Shown piece after piece: positions 47,583 to 60,894 of a stretch of DNA of 64,000 nucleotides (positions within the stretch are counted from its first letter, which is position 1; each line of letters opens with the position of its first letter). A model generated the notes under the pieces. The model saw nothing but the letters and a program-made list of their open reading frames with translations. It had not been told where the DNA came from and searched no databases. The stretch is taken from NCBI GenBank assembly GCA_026023565.1, contig JAPETS010000015.1, positions 248,001 to 312,000 of the forward strand. The letters are read 5' to 3'. The DNA comes from Cirrosporium novae-zelandiae. Taxonomy: Eukaryota. A program made the translations under genes and the position numbers.

Positions 47583-49882
47583 CTAAACGTCCCTCTCCAC
47601 ATAACTCTGAATCAGCCCCTCGCATGTGGGTTCATATTCCTTCAAAACCACCTTATCCCCTTCAACAATAGTATTCGCCTGGACAAACACCTTCCGGGGG
47701 ATCTTTTTCCTCAACACCACAGGGCGCACCTTATCCGCCCACCACGCATCCACGTCTGTGCTCTCATCATACAGCTTCTTGCCGGCCTCGTAGTCGGCCG
47801 AGCTCTTAAAGATGTGCAGTTTCTGCAGGTAGGATTCCACGGCCTTGCGGCCGTGCGTTAGGATCTTGCTGCGATCGAGATGGATTTCGAGATCCGAAAA
47901 ATTGGGTTGTGAGGAGTGGAGTTTGAGGAATTCGGGGCCCGCGGAGAGGAAGGCCTGGAGGATAGAAAAGCGCGCTTGCATGTGCGCTTGGCCCCACTTG
48001 CGGGACTTAGGGTCCCAGTATTCGATGGCGCAGATGCCGGCGCGCGCCATGGTTAGGTAGCTGGAGTATAGGACGTCGCCTGCGGGACCGTCCATGTCGG
48101 GGGAGCCGGAGCCAATACCGAAGATGGAGAGGATGTCGAAGTCGCAGCTTAGCACCATGGAGACGCATTCTGCGCGACATTCCTCATATGACGAGGCGAT
48201 CGGTCCGAAGAGTGACGACCATGTTTGGCCTGGCTTGTACCATGTGCTGATGGGTTTGTTGGTGATGGGACTGATGGGTGGGTTCTTGATGTCGAAGTTG
48301 TATTCCCCCGGGGAGGTTTCCTGGAGCAGTTTCCCCGTGCCGTGGCCTAGGAGCTCGTGCAGGCCAACTTGAACTTCAAATGCGGCGTCTGAGTTTTTCC
48401 TGTAGATGGCGAGGTCCGATTCACGGATGAAGGAGACGGGCTCGTTAGGGGATTTGGCTGTTAGGACGTTTCCCAGGGACACGTTTTTGAAGCCGAAATT
48501 TTGGCGGATGTCGTCATAGTTGGGGATGTTAATGCCCACTGGGAGGCCCGAGGTGCAGAAGGTGAGGACTTCAAGGGAGGTGAAATCGGGGCTGAGGAAT
48601 TTTTCTTTTTCGAACGATTTCGGCCATGGGAGCCGGGGGATGAAGTTTGGAGCTAAGGAGACCAGCTTGCCAAAGGCTTTTGTGCGTTCTTTGTTTACCT
48701 AGAAGAAGATGAGAACTAGGGGCTTGAAATCATAAGGAGAGTACTCCCCCAAACTATCCATGCTATACGACGTCTAGCTTGGGATGATTAAATTGAAAAG
48801 GCCTTACCATTGCTACAAACCCTTCCCATTCTCCACGAACGCCGTGAGGATCTCGGTAGGTCTCTATAAATCCTATATCTGCTTCGACCATGGGTCCTTT
48901 ATCCTTAATCCAGTATCGCTGGCTCTCCTTGTATGCCTCCAATGAACCTGTACCAAATGATTTGGCATATTCCTCGCACATATATTTCTCGGTATCATTA
49001 TCAGAAAACTCCGTTGCTTTCTTGATGTTCACTGCAATATCTGCCATCTGATCTATGTGATCACCAAATGTGAGCTTGAGAACTTTTCCCTTGAGTTTTC
49101 CCTCGAGTGGGAGTTCGGTGGTATCTCCCAGGTCTCTATCTTTAGCTGGAGGATTTGACATCCCTGATGCTATAAGAAGCTCATATCCCTTTGATGTCTT
49201 CCGCAACCTAGTATTTTCCAAGAGAAGTTTGTTCTTCTCGCATACGTCTCCGATTAAGCTAATTTCTTCCTTTGTGATAGTTGGGGAGTCTGGATAATAC
49301 GACGTCATATGGCCATCTTCTGTGTATCCCAGATGCATCAACTTTGGCTCCTTTGTGGCATAGATGCCTCCTCCACTCTCTTGGGCCTTTTTAAACAGCG
49401 CCCTTCCCTCTTCGGAGAATGATGCAATCTTTTCGAACGCTTCAGGTGTTGTCCGTGGAATGAACTTGGAATCACCAAAAGACTTGTAGTTGCCGCCGTT
49501 TCCCAGGAACTGCGCTGCATATTCAAGAAAGTACTGAAGGTCATTCTTACTGACTCCAGTCTTCTCCTGCACCTTTTTCCAATCGCCATTGCATGCTTTA
49601 TAGAGGGTGATGATTAGGTCGTAGATGGGTTCGGACTCGGGTGATATTTGCCGGAGTACAATTCTGGTACCTAGAAACGAAGTCCTATCTGGGGATAAGT
49701 CCGAAATTGAAAAAGACAAAGAGTACAAAAAAGTGAGAACAACTGAACTTGACTGACCTACTCAAGTAATGAGCATAATGTTTCTGCGAGTCACTCAAAG
49801 CATCAAAGTGGGGTTTGATTGGCAATTGAACGACGGTAGGGGGCTGATCAGCATAATACTGGGATAAAGAAGCTTCGTCCAT
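47583..49882 (-). CDS. DPP3: Dipeptidyl peptidase III (M49), 2 introns
   Basis: GNYKSFGDSKF, IGFIETYRDP.G.RGEWEG, GINIPNYDDIRQ..GFKNVSLGN, zinc motifs HELLGH and EECRAE, WGQAHMQAR. Confidence 0.96.
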
Positions 49883-52574
49883 TTTGTGATATTCCTATGA
49901 GATGTCAATCGAGAGGAGTATACTCGAGTACAAGATTATTTTCAGAAGGCAGTTGCTCAACTTCCTAACGAGACTTGGGGGATGTTGGTGTGAGACGTGT
50001 CCCGCGGGGCAGGTTAGCGTGGTAGCGCGGGGAAAGCTCCGGGGTCAACAGCCGATCAGAGAGCTCACTTTATTTCCATACCTATCTATTGTTTCATCCA
50101 GATGTTCATTTACATTTACAGCAAGACTTCCTGATTTTCTAATTTACAAGTCTTTCAACTCGCCATCACAAGCCTCTTGGTCGCTTTACAACCAGTTCAA
50201 TCACTGCGAGTGACAAACTACAGTATACCAGCGTGATAACCCCGATATCATTTCTTTGAAAATAGATATCTACTAATGAGCCCGATCCAAGTTTGTCGTC
50301 CTTCCAACATATGGAAAAAGGAAAAAAACCAGACATATTCGATATTAAAAGGCGCTGATGGCCACTGTATATGACCCTCCCCTCCAGAATTATCATTGAT
50401 TTCACCAACCACCCAATCATCAGTCTCAATTACCGAATACCCTATTGGACACCCTCCCGATTACTCTCCTGAATGACTTACAGAATACCCCATCGAATTC
50501 TTACTGGGAGTTCTTCTGAATACCCGAATATTTGCTGAATGTTCCGCTGAATGCCTTACTAAACGCTCTTTTAGGCACCTTTATATTGTGGTAGTGGGTA
50601 AAACCCCGACTTTTGATAAAATAACGAAATTCTACTTTATAAGTAGATACTGAAAACTGGGTTGACCATGCTAAAAGGTCGGCCCAGGATCTAATGACAG
50701 ATTTCATTGAATATGCACGCTGTGGTGAAATGGCCCAATCGCCTTGGCCATAACATTCCTAAAAAGCTCTTTCCCCTAGAGCATATCGTGGACACTATCA
50801 AACAAAACCGCGTCGAATATATTCCGGTGGTACCTTGGGGGCTACCTCGTTTTAATCAATTGTTCTTCTCAAACGCTGCGAGGATTGTACCCAGAAACAG
50901 GAGGTGGCAAACTCACAACAATATCAGAGGGTGTTAGCGCCAGCTACACCTACAAAAATCTTTAGTTAATTAATCGTTAGGAATTAATAACCCTAATTAA
51001 GAAAATAGGGATATGTGATACCCATGTGCAGCGCTAATCTCTGACGTACGTATCAAGGTGCTGTAATCATCTGAGACGGACCTATGCTTGATATTATCAA
51101 CGACCATCATCACAAGTATAGAAAGTGCAAAAAGCAAAGGCTGCTTCGATTAAGGAATTATCATAGTGTATAGACAAGACGCCGGGTGAGGGGGTCCTAC
51201 TCAATACAAAAATTAAATCCAAGAGCCTTCTACAATCGTTACACCAAAACCACATAACCAGAAGATATCCATAAAGACAAATTCCAATGCGCACAGACCT
51301 ACTACATTAATTACCAGATCAGTGTCTCACCAATAGTGTATTATCACGATCCTGATTGTTTGCCTATGGAAAAGATGCCAACCAACTACCAGCAAAGGAG
51401 GAACTAGCGTCACAAAAAGTACGAGTACGGTCCCGAAGTATTGCCGACTCGAGGGGACTATATGGCGGAGAAGACGGCTATTGAATCATCAAGATCGGAG
51501 GATATGCATATATCGGCATTATGGTAACGTTGGAGGTCGTTGATGTCAGTTAGATCCAATAGAAAGATGTTACTATAGCATTCGGTCAATCTCAGATATC
51601 TTAGTATTCCTACTCAGATCCATAATTGTCGGCACGTGTAGAATTATATGGATAGTATACAGGTATCTAAGGCCCGAGAAGGGGATTGAGAGTCACCGGA
51701 GCTTTGGACGAACGACGGATCAATGCAACCACGGAGGAAATGGTAAAGGTCAATTGGACGAAGAGTAGATAGATGGAAGATTTTCACTATCGAATTCATA
51801 GGCATGTGCGGCTGCCGTTAGTAGGAAATTGACAGAAGGAGCTAAAGTGCCAAGTACAAGTGTGGAGAATTTGAAGGGGTTGAAAGGCCTTCAGGGCGTT
51901 AAGAAGCTGGAGATGAGAAAATCATGGGGATGGGAGGGGGAAATGTGGGGAAGCCAAAAAATCCCCAGTTTGCCCATCACCAGATGCTTTTACGACCGTA
52001 ACAAGATACGGAGCAGACTAACCAAAAATATAAATGACCATGAAAATTACCGTAATCTCCATACAACCACAAAATTAATTTATCCAAACCTGGCCCTCTC
52101 CCGATATTAAATTACCCTTGCTACACAAATGTACACCAAAGAGGGGAAGAAATGGATAATAACTCCACATCCATCCATACAACTATGAGTAATTGAATCT
52201 TATACCAGCTCAATGGTCTGCTTTTCTTTGATTGATATGGTGATCAATGGCACTTGGTGAGAGAGAAATCATGGTGGCTCAGGCACGAACCACACCAACG
52301 CGGTATAGCGCAAGGTGCATTGAGCTCTTCACCTCAGGTGTAGTGTCAGTATCTGTGCAAATTCATCTCCCCTGCCATGGCTCTCGTTTCTTTTATCCAA
52401 AAGTCACACGATACCCTCCATAAAGTCGGATAGTTTACTGTCCAGATCGGGGGGATGTATCCGAATCTACCGAGGAAGAGGCATATAAAGAGGTTACTGA
52501 AGGCCCCTCAAGATAGCCAACAGCTCAATTGATCTCCAAGGTCGAGTAAGCTATTCACATACTAGCTAAGGATC

Positions 52575-55380
52575 ATGGCTATCCAGCAGCTGTTGGCTTT
52601 GTTATCTACTGTTGCCTTAACAGGCGCAGCCTATACCAATAGTTCAACAGGATATTCAAGTCCGGGAGTGTACCCTTCTCGTGAGTGACGAGCACAGTCT
52701 TCAACTAGATTGATACTGATTATTCGGTTCTGTTATAGCCAACATCACCGGTGCTGGTGGTTGGGCAGCTGCTTTGGCGAAAGCTGAAGCATTTGTTGCT
52801 CAATTGACCCTTGAAGAGAAAGCATATCTTTCAACCGGAGTCTCAGGCCCTTGCACTGGTGCAATAAAACCGATTTCTCGCCTTGATTTCGACGGCCTCT
52901 GCATGCAAGATGGTCCTACAGGTTGCATATTTCCTCCAGGTTCAATAGTATATGTGGCTAATGATTTTTAGCGATCCGGCTGGCTGATTTCGCCAGTGTT
53001 TTCCCGGCGGGTCTCTCTGTGGCTGCCAGCTGGGACGTCGATCTAGCATACCAGCGTGGAGGAGAAATGGGAACCGAGTTCAAAGAAAAAGGTTCTCATG
53101 TTGTCCTTGGGTAAGTAAATCCATTCTATGGGTGAAAGCGTTAATACACCTCTCTTGTCGAGATATGAACTGGATTTCCAGCCCAGCCCAGAGAATAAAA
53201 TAATCGAAAACGCGATAACAATCAACCATTTGTTTCCAGGGGGCTCTCAAGAGCGAAATTGAAAATAAAAATATGACTTCAATTGAATCCGATTTCTATA
53301 TCAGATATCAAGGAGACCTCTCCACAAATTAGTTATCGCAGTTTCAATTATTTTGTTCCATGGTCGAGGAAGATATTCAGTGGCAAAGTAGTCCCTCTAA
53401 GCTTTCACGGAGAGGTGTTTGCAACTTGATCATATTTTCTAACAGTTTAATAGACCTGTAGCAGGTCCCTTAGGGAGAAATGCGCTTGGAGGCCGGAATT
53501 GGGAAGGCTTCTCTCCCGATCCCTATCTTACAGGCAAATTATTTGCTCTCACTACTGAGGGAATCCAGGATGTCGGTGCTCAAGCTTGTGGAAAGCATTT
53601 TATCGGAAACGAGCAGGAGACCCAACGAAACCCAAGCACAGTAGACGGAACAACCATCTACGCCGTCTCGTCGAATATAGATGACCGAACAATGCATGAA
53701 CTGTACCTTTGGCCTTTTGCTGATGGTGTGAAATCTGGTATGGCATCAGTCATGTGCAGTTACAATCGTGTCAACGAGACGTACTCGTGTGAGAACTCGA
53801 AGATTTTGAATGGTCTCTTGAAAGAAGAGTTGGGTTTCCAGGGCTACGTCGTGTCCGACTGGGGTGGGACACATTCAGGTCTTCCTGCTATCCTGGCCGG
53901 TCTTGATATGGACATGCCTGGATCCATCTCATGGTCCGGTACTAACCTAGACTCTTACTTTGGAGGAAACATCACCATCGCTGTGAACAATGGCAGCTTG
54001 TCTGTCAGTCGTTTAAATGATATGGCAAAGAGAATAATGACCCCTTATTTCCAGCTCGACCAGGATTCAGATTATCCCTCAGTGGATCCATCTTCGGCTG
54101 AAATTAATTCTTTCGACGCTTCAGAAAGTAATTATAATTTCACCATCACGGCACCCGCACACCGTGATGTCCGTGGCAATCATTCTGCTCTCATTCGAGA
54201 GTTAGGTGCTGCAAGTGCCGTTCTTTTGAAGAATGAGGGTGCCCTACCCCTTTCAACTCCCAAGACCATCGGTATCTTCGGTAACGATGCTCCTGCCCCC
54301 GTCGACGGTACCAATGAGCCATTCTATGACGAATCCAGCTCCAATATCGGTGCTCTGTATTGTGGTGGCGGTTCAGGAACAGGACGACTGAGCTATCTCC
54401 ACTCCCCTCTCCGCGCTATTGAAACTCGCGCTGAAGAAGATGGCACCATGCTTCAATACATATTCGAGAACAGCGAAATCGACAGCTCCTTTTCCCACAT
54501 CTATCCGATCCCCGAGGTGTGCCTCGTATTCCTCAAAACTTACGTGACCGAAGGCGATGACCGCACCTCCTTCGAGCTGGATGATGACGGCGACACCGTC
54601 ATTACCAACGTCGCTAGCCAATGCAACAATACTATCGTAATCACGCACTCCGGCGGTATTAACATCATGGACTGGGCCGACAACGATAACGTCACAGCCA
54701 TCATCGCCGCGCACCTCCCCGGCAACCAAATGGGCAACAGCATCGCAGATATCCTGTACGGAGACACCAATCCCTCGGGCAAACTCCCCTACACCATCGC
54801 CTACGAGAAGAGTGACTACAACACCGCCGTCGCGAACGTTTCTGGCACAACCACCGACCCTGAAGCCTACCAATCCGACTTCACTGAGGGTCTCTTCATA
54901 GACTACCGCCACTTCGATAACCAGAACATCACCCCGCGGTATGAATTTGGTTATGGCCTCTCCTACACCACGTTCATCCTCTCCGACCTCTCCGTCTCCG
55001 CCTCCTCCTCCGATCTAACCACCTACCCTGCCAATGCAACCACCGTCCCAGGTGGGAATCCAAACCTCTACACCACAGTCGCAACCGCCTCCGTCACGCT
55101 CTCGAATGCGGGCTCCGTTTCCGGCGCCACCGTCGCACAACTTTATCTCTATCCGCCATCGTCTGCGCCCACTGGCACGCCCGTGAAGGTGCTCCGGGGC
55201 TTCCAGAAACGGGAGCTTGCTGCAGGGGAGAGCGAGGAGATTAGTTTCGAGCTCACAAGGAAAGATCTTAGTTATTGGGACGTTGTGGCGCAGGATTGGG
55301 CTTTGTATAGTGGGACCATGACTGTAGGGATCGGATTTAGTAGTAGAGATATTAGTGTTACGGGAAGTTTGAGTCTATGA
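52575..55380 (+). CDS. Secreted GH3 beta-glucosidase, 3 introns
   Basis: Signal peptide MAIQQLLALLSTVALTGA; QLTLEEK, CMQDGP, GPVAGPLGR..GGRNWEGF, KHFIGNEQE, VMCSYN, VVSDW nucleophile, PSGKLPYT, FGYGLSYTTF, FnIII-like tail; TATAAA at 52484. Confidence 0.95.
53146..53418. mobile_element. Degenerate foldback/MITE-like insertion in intron 3 (53111-53453) of the GH3 gene
   Basis: Terminal ACACCTCTC (53146-54) / GAGAGGTGT (53410-18); inner arms 53197-53219 versus 53332-53354, 20/23 complementary; TA at the left end. Confidence 0.5.
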
Positions 55381-55732
55381 ATGTTGAATACGTGATGGGG
55401 GGGTTGGTTATATGTGTGAATGTCAAAAAAAACCATGAATGAACAAATGAACAAGAAATAATTGTGAGATGAAGTAGACCAAATTGTTACCTACCTCGAT
55501 AATGCTACAAGGAGAGAGGTCCCAAAAATCCATCTTTCCCAAGTATAGAAATCCAAATCGATGACGACTAGAATTTAATATTTAATATTTCAGATTCCCT
55601 TTCACCAAGAAAAAAAGGTACGTGTTGTCTTACAAATCTTCCACAATAAATCAATCTTGCACACAAGAGCCTCGAAGCTAAACCAAATAAGCTCGCAAAC
55701 AGCTCCAGAAACAAAAGAAAAACACCACTCTA

Positions 55733-57290
55733 CTAAATTTTAAACTCCGTCGCCCCTTTCTTACTCACGTTATGCATCTCCTTCCCAAACCCAAGCGAAC
55801 ACACTGCTTCACACATCCCTTTCCAACACTCGTGTCTATAAATACAGTACGGGTTATGGCAGTATAATCCACTCTTGCATGACTTTTTCCTCAATTGTTC
55901 TCTCAAAGCCAGCAGTTCGGGGTTTGACAAGAGCGCATGAGAGAATCTGTAACTGTGTTGGGGTACGTAACGACCGATTAGGTGAAATGAAGTATAAGAT
56001 TTTGGTTTTCGAACATTGAGGGATCTGAAGGCGGCTTCGGTGGGCCGAGGGGGAGGCTTGTCGAGGCGGTGGCGGTCGGTGTTTATTAGGATCGTTGGCT
56101 GGGAATTGGTTATGATGGGCTTGGAAGGTTGAGGGGTGGTGATCATGTTGTTGCTGTTCGTTTTCGCAATTGTTGCCCAGGACACGGAAGCTCCGTTTGC
56201 TCCTCTCGCGTCTCTTACTTGTCGTTCTCCGGGAATCCGAGAACTGGAGCAGGATCTATCCACTGCATCCAGCACTGTCGTTGTTCTAAAGATTGAGCCT
56301 AGCTTGGTGCTTCTGAAAGGAAGCGATGCAAACTCTCTGCCTGTCTCAAACGACCCGATGAGAGTCAATCGAGCACATGTATCAGGATCTCGGGCAAACC
56401 CTTCAAGCTTTCGAACGTATCCGTTATCATGGCAGGCTCCGAAGATGATATGCTTACACTGTGGTGCTCCCAAAAATTGGTCGAATTTTCCTACCAGTTA
56501 ATCATATTTATGATCACCATTCCAACCGAACCTTGCTTCGGGTGTCTACACTTGCCTTTGATCTTGCTGTCTACGGTTTCCTTGCCGCTGCTTACACAAA
56601 CAAAGTCGATTAACGGGTCAGCCTGAGAGAACCCTCAGATAAACAACGGAAACTTGTCCACAGCTTCTAACATGTATGCCCGACGAAAAACACTGAGAAG
56701 GTTATCGAGATTGGCATACGCTCGGATTACGATGGACGAACTGCCCAGGTTCAGGGAAATATATGTCAAATATACACGCAATTCTCTCTTGAGATCCTGT
56801 GCGGCCTCGAATCCTCCTTTGATCCCATTCAAGATATATTTCTCGTTGAACTAAGAAGGACAATTAGAAACATGTACCGAGGCTAGCTCCAGTTATACGT
56901 ACAATATATCCATCGGTATCCCCATCAATTAGAACGGCAACAAACGAGTTTGTCTCCTAAAAAAAGAAGAGAAGCAAATGTCAACCAAGTTAAGGGAACG
57001 TTCAAACCAGCCCACTTACTAGGGAAGCCTGGACGGCGTTGTACTTGTGCTGCAATACCTCTTCTCGCTCTTGCGTTGACCTCCGGACATCCTTTTCGCT
57101 TTTCAAATCATGGCAAACCTCTTTATATTTCCGGTAAAGCTCCACTTGTTTCGCATTCATCTTCTACAACCTTGGTTAGACCAGTCGTTATGCAGATTTG
57201 ATGCTCGATGTCCATTTATAATACCTCCAACCACATGCTCTTCTCCTCATCTTGCTCGCGAAACTCGGCAATCTTGGACTCGAAATCCAT
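55733..57290 (-). pseudogene. Probable pseudogene of a coiled-coil + NYN/PIN-like (DUF7923-type) + tandem CCCH zinc-finger protein
   Basis: FVAVLIDGD, GGFEAA..L, IRAYANL, DFV.V..GKE.VDSKIK and CKHIIFGACHDNGY motifs; in-frame TGA at 56635-56637 inside an exon; the first CCCH finger has Tyr at all three Cys positions. Confidence 0.8.
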
Positions 57291-58372
57291 CGCCGTTTTT
57301 CAACTGCTTATTATGCCAACGATGAAGGGAACAGGAGGACATGATAAGGACCGAGGACGCCATTCATAAAGACGTCGATGAATAACAACGAAAATTTGAA
57401 ATATAGGTCAAGGGGAGCACGAGAAAGAACTGGAAATCCCATACAAGGCCTACAAGCTGAATGATTAATTGTAGGAGAATATGATTGAGATGTATATGTT
57501 TGAGACTATAACGACTGAAATATGTATGTAGCATGACTACACTATACTCCCCTAATCCAGGGAATAATAAAGAAGCAATAACAAGTCTGATCGACCAAGA
57601 ATTAATGTATAAAGAAGTGTCAACATCTTGCATCTCAGATAGACTTTTCCAAAACAGGTCTTTCAGAATATGAATTAAAAATGGGTACATACAAATTCCG
57701 TATGTTCTTTGAAGGCAACGAATAGCAGTTGTTAATTAGTCTTCCTCTGGTACCCAAGCATGAAATGATGAATATTCGATCACGACAACGGCCCGGAAAG
57801 GTTTGAAAACGGAGACCAGCATATTGCAAAACAGAAGATCAAAAAGAACCAAAAGGACACCAAAAAAACATACAACAGTTGGGATTCGCTGGTCGTCACC
57901 GACCCAACTACTAATCAACCGGTCCGCAGGTTATGTATGGCAGAGCGGACGGGATGCCCAGTTCTCTGCGGCCTATGGTCGTATGTGCTGGTTAATAGTT
58001 TGGAAAGAGTATATGATGAAGAAGGAAGCCACAAGAAAACAGGCAGAGAGCTGAGTTTGTCGGGGAGTAAGTATCACAAGGAACGAGATTAAAAAAAATC
58101 AATAATATAATATACTTTCTTCTAGTATATATATTTAATGCAAGAGAGTTTCCAGCAAATAAGACGAATGAATAGCTAAGGGGGTTTAGAAAAAAGGATG
58201 CGCTTGTGATCTTGCATAATTTGCTTTAGTATTTTAGTCCTTTTTACTCGAGGGGTCATGTTACGTGAAATGCTGGAAATGTTGGGACTGGGAAAATGGG
58301 AAGGTGGGGTGGGTTCAAAGCAGGATGACTCTTTTTGGTTCCACCATCCTTGTCATAACCCATAATTAACAT

Positions 58373-58453
58373 GGCATAGCATAGGCATAGCATAGGCATA
58401 GCATAGGCATAGCATAGGCATAGCATAGGTATAGCATAGGCGTAGATAGGCAT
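58373..58453. repeat. 11-bp minisatellite (GGCATAGCATA) x about 7
   Basis: Five perfect copies then degenerate ones; followed by a pyrimidine tract and A21 at 58536-58556. Confidence 0.9.
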
Positions 58454-59010
58454 TAGGTACCTTGGATGAACAATAACATCATCTTCTGCTTCTTCTTTTT
58501 TCTTCTCTTCTTCTCTTCTTCCTCTCTTCTACGATAAAAAAAAAAAAAAAAAAAAATAGATATGCATATCATAATTAGAGAGTTGAAACTAACGTATCGA
58601 AATGATTTTTAAATAAAAAAGGCTGCATGTCATATTCAAAATGATTCATGATTCCCCGCAGTTTATCAAGTAATTAACTTAGATGTACATGTACAGTACA
58701 TACAGTAGTCGAAAAAAGTGACCCGAAGTTCAAGACACACACCGCCTTTAGCAGTCAGGAACGGAAGCCTACAAGTCCAACAAAGCTAACTCGGAGGAAC
58801 TAATCCATTGAAGGCTACAATTGACCCTTCAATTCGCCCATTCTTTCAAAATCTGAAACTTTGACTTTTTTTAGTCTCAATTGGTTCCTCCCACTAACCT
58901 ACCTGCCATAGTTTTATCCGACTATTCCCATCTGCCCTAAAGCAATCAATTCAAGAACCCACCGTTCGCCAGCCCATCGTTATCACATTCATGTTGATAC
59001 CTATCTAACC

Positions 59011-60894
59011 ATGCCGTCCTTTCTGCAGAACTACAAAGCCCCTCCCCCTCCACCTACCCCTCAAGTGAGACTCGCCGTCGCCGTCACCCGTTATAAATTT
59101 TATATTATAGCTGGTGTCTGCGTCCTGACCTTCACTGGCGCCTTGTTTTCCCTCTTCAGAAGTAGAAAGCCGGTTCAAAATGCCAAAGATGGAAAGAAGA
59201 AGAATAAGGATAAAAATCCTGTCAAGAATGCAACCAAACCCCCTGTGAAGGCTGTACCAAAAAGTGCAAAGGTCGAGTCCAAACCGGAATCGTCAGCCAC
59301 ACCGCCGAATCCGCCTCCGAAACCCAAGAAGCTTCTCCCGTCGCCAAGTTTCTTAGAGGAGAATCCACCAACCTCCCCTCCCCCGGCATACGAACAGGTC
59401 CCATCAAAGGCCCCGACAAAAGCTCACTCCAAGGCTACGGAAAAGGAAACCAAAGCGGCAGAAAAGGCCCAGGCAAAGGCTGCAGAGAAAGAGGCAAAGG
59501 CCGCGGAAAAGGCTGCGGAAAAAGCCGCTGCTAAAACTGCAGAAAAGGAAGCAAAAGCCGCAGAAAAGGAAGCAAGAGCTGCAGAAAAGGCTCAAGCAAA
59601 AGCCGCAGAAAAAGCCCAAGCAAAGGCTGCAGAAAAGGAAGCAAAGGCCCAAGCAAAGGCTGCAGAAAAAGAAGCGAAAGCTGCAGAAAAAGAAGCGAAG
59701 GCTGCCGAAAAGGAAGCAAAGGCAGCTGAAAAGATCCCGCCGCCGCCACCTCCTCCTACCACTTTGTCTTATACTTTTGATAATGATGCCGTCACCTCGG
59801 ACAGTGCGGATTCGGTTAGATATGCCACCACTGTAATGCCCAGCAACACATCGCCCCATCCAGCTTTTCGCGTCACCCGCTCAAACGGCGGTATCTTTTC
59901 GGCTTCTTCTCCCCTTTATGATATCCAAGCCAATCTTGCAGACCCGTCCTCTGGTCTCCTATACAACCTACGCAGTCAGATCAATAATGACCCCGCTCCC
60001 CGCCCACATCTCCAATTCCGGATGAGAATAGGAGACAAAGGTCAAATTAGCTATGAGGTTTACCACGTGAAAACGAAGACATCTCAGACTGGTGGTGTTG
60101 AAGAGATACGCGGGAAACTTCTTCTTAGTTCCGATAGCCCTCACGCACAGAAATCCGGAAACGGTCTTTCCGATCGCGTATGGCGGATCCACGATGATCA
60201 TAAAAAAGAGCAGTCCAAGGGAAAGAAGATTGCAGTGGAGAAGGAGGATGGCATCATGACAGAGGACCTTCCTGCCAGGCTCGAGATACTCGATTCAACT
60301 ATAGATGAGAAAACGAAGGATGTGGTTTTGTGCTGCTGGGTAACGGGAATCTGGCTGAAAGATCACTTCATGGAAATGGAGGAGGAAAAGTCGTCCCTGA
60401 GTACCAGATCAAAGTCCGGAAGGAAGAAGTCGAAGAGCAAGAGTCATTCCAAGGAACGCCGCCATTCTAGGGAACATAGAGATGATGAGGAGCATCATCA
60501 TCGTTCGAAGAAGAGCGGCTCTGTAATCGATGACGGCGCTTCTGGTATGTTTTGTTATATTTTCCTTGAATGATTTTGCCTCTCGCCAATCTTTAATCAT
60601 CCAATTGAGTCGACCAGCGCTGACATATACCCCACCATTTTTAGTCGCCGAGAGTACCGCCTCATCCTCCAAAAGTGGCCGCAGGCATCGCCACCGCGCT
60701 CCAAGTTCTTCCACATCCACAAAGAGCGACCATAATAAACATCACCGTCACAGCAAAAAAGAAGGTACCTAACTCATATTTACCCTAAGCCGCCCCCCCA
60801 ATTAAAATCTTATTTAACTAATCTTTCACTTCTCACACCAGACTCATCTCGATCGGGCCTCTCACACATTAACCCGTTCTGGAGCCGCTCCTGA
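59011..60894 (+). CDS. Hypothetical membrane-anchored protein with a KAAEKEA-repeat helix and basic tail (2 introns at the 3' end)
   Basis: 520-aa ORF extended by introns at about 60545-60644 and 60765-60841 to TGA 60892-94; hydrophobic segment aa 30-49, Pro-rich linker, about 14 K-A-A-E-K-E/A-A/Q repeats, beta-rich domain ending in the helix KTKDVVLCCWVTGIW. Confidence 0.75.

Noticed and set aside
50340..51800. Possible degenerate gene or transposon relic upstream of DPP3
   Set aside because: No transposase/RT motifs, terminal repeats or continuous frame recognisable
54373..54912. Long antisense ORFs (also 18524-19042, 34293-34739, 59404-59859)
   Set aside because: Shadows of codon bias or repeats in genuine genes on the opposite strand
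56635..56637. In-frame TGA as selenocysteine or an A-to-I corrected stop
   Set aside because: The position looks like a non-catalytic Arg (CGA), and parallel zinc-finger damage favours pseudogenisation
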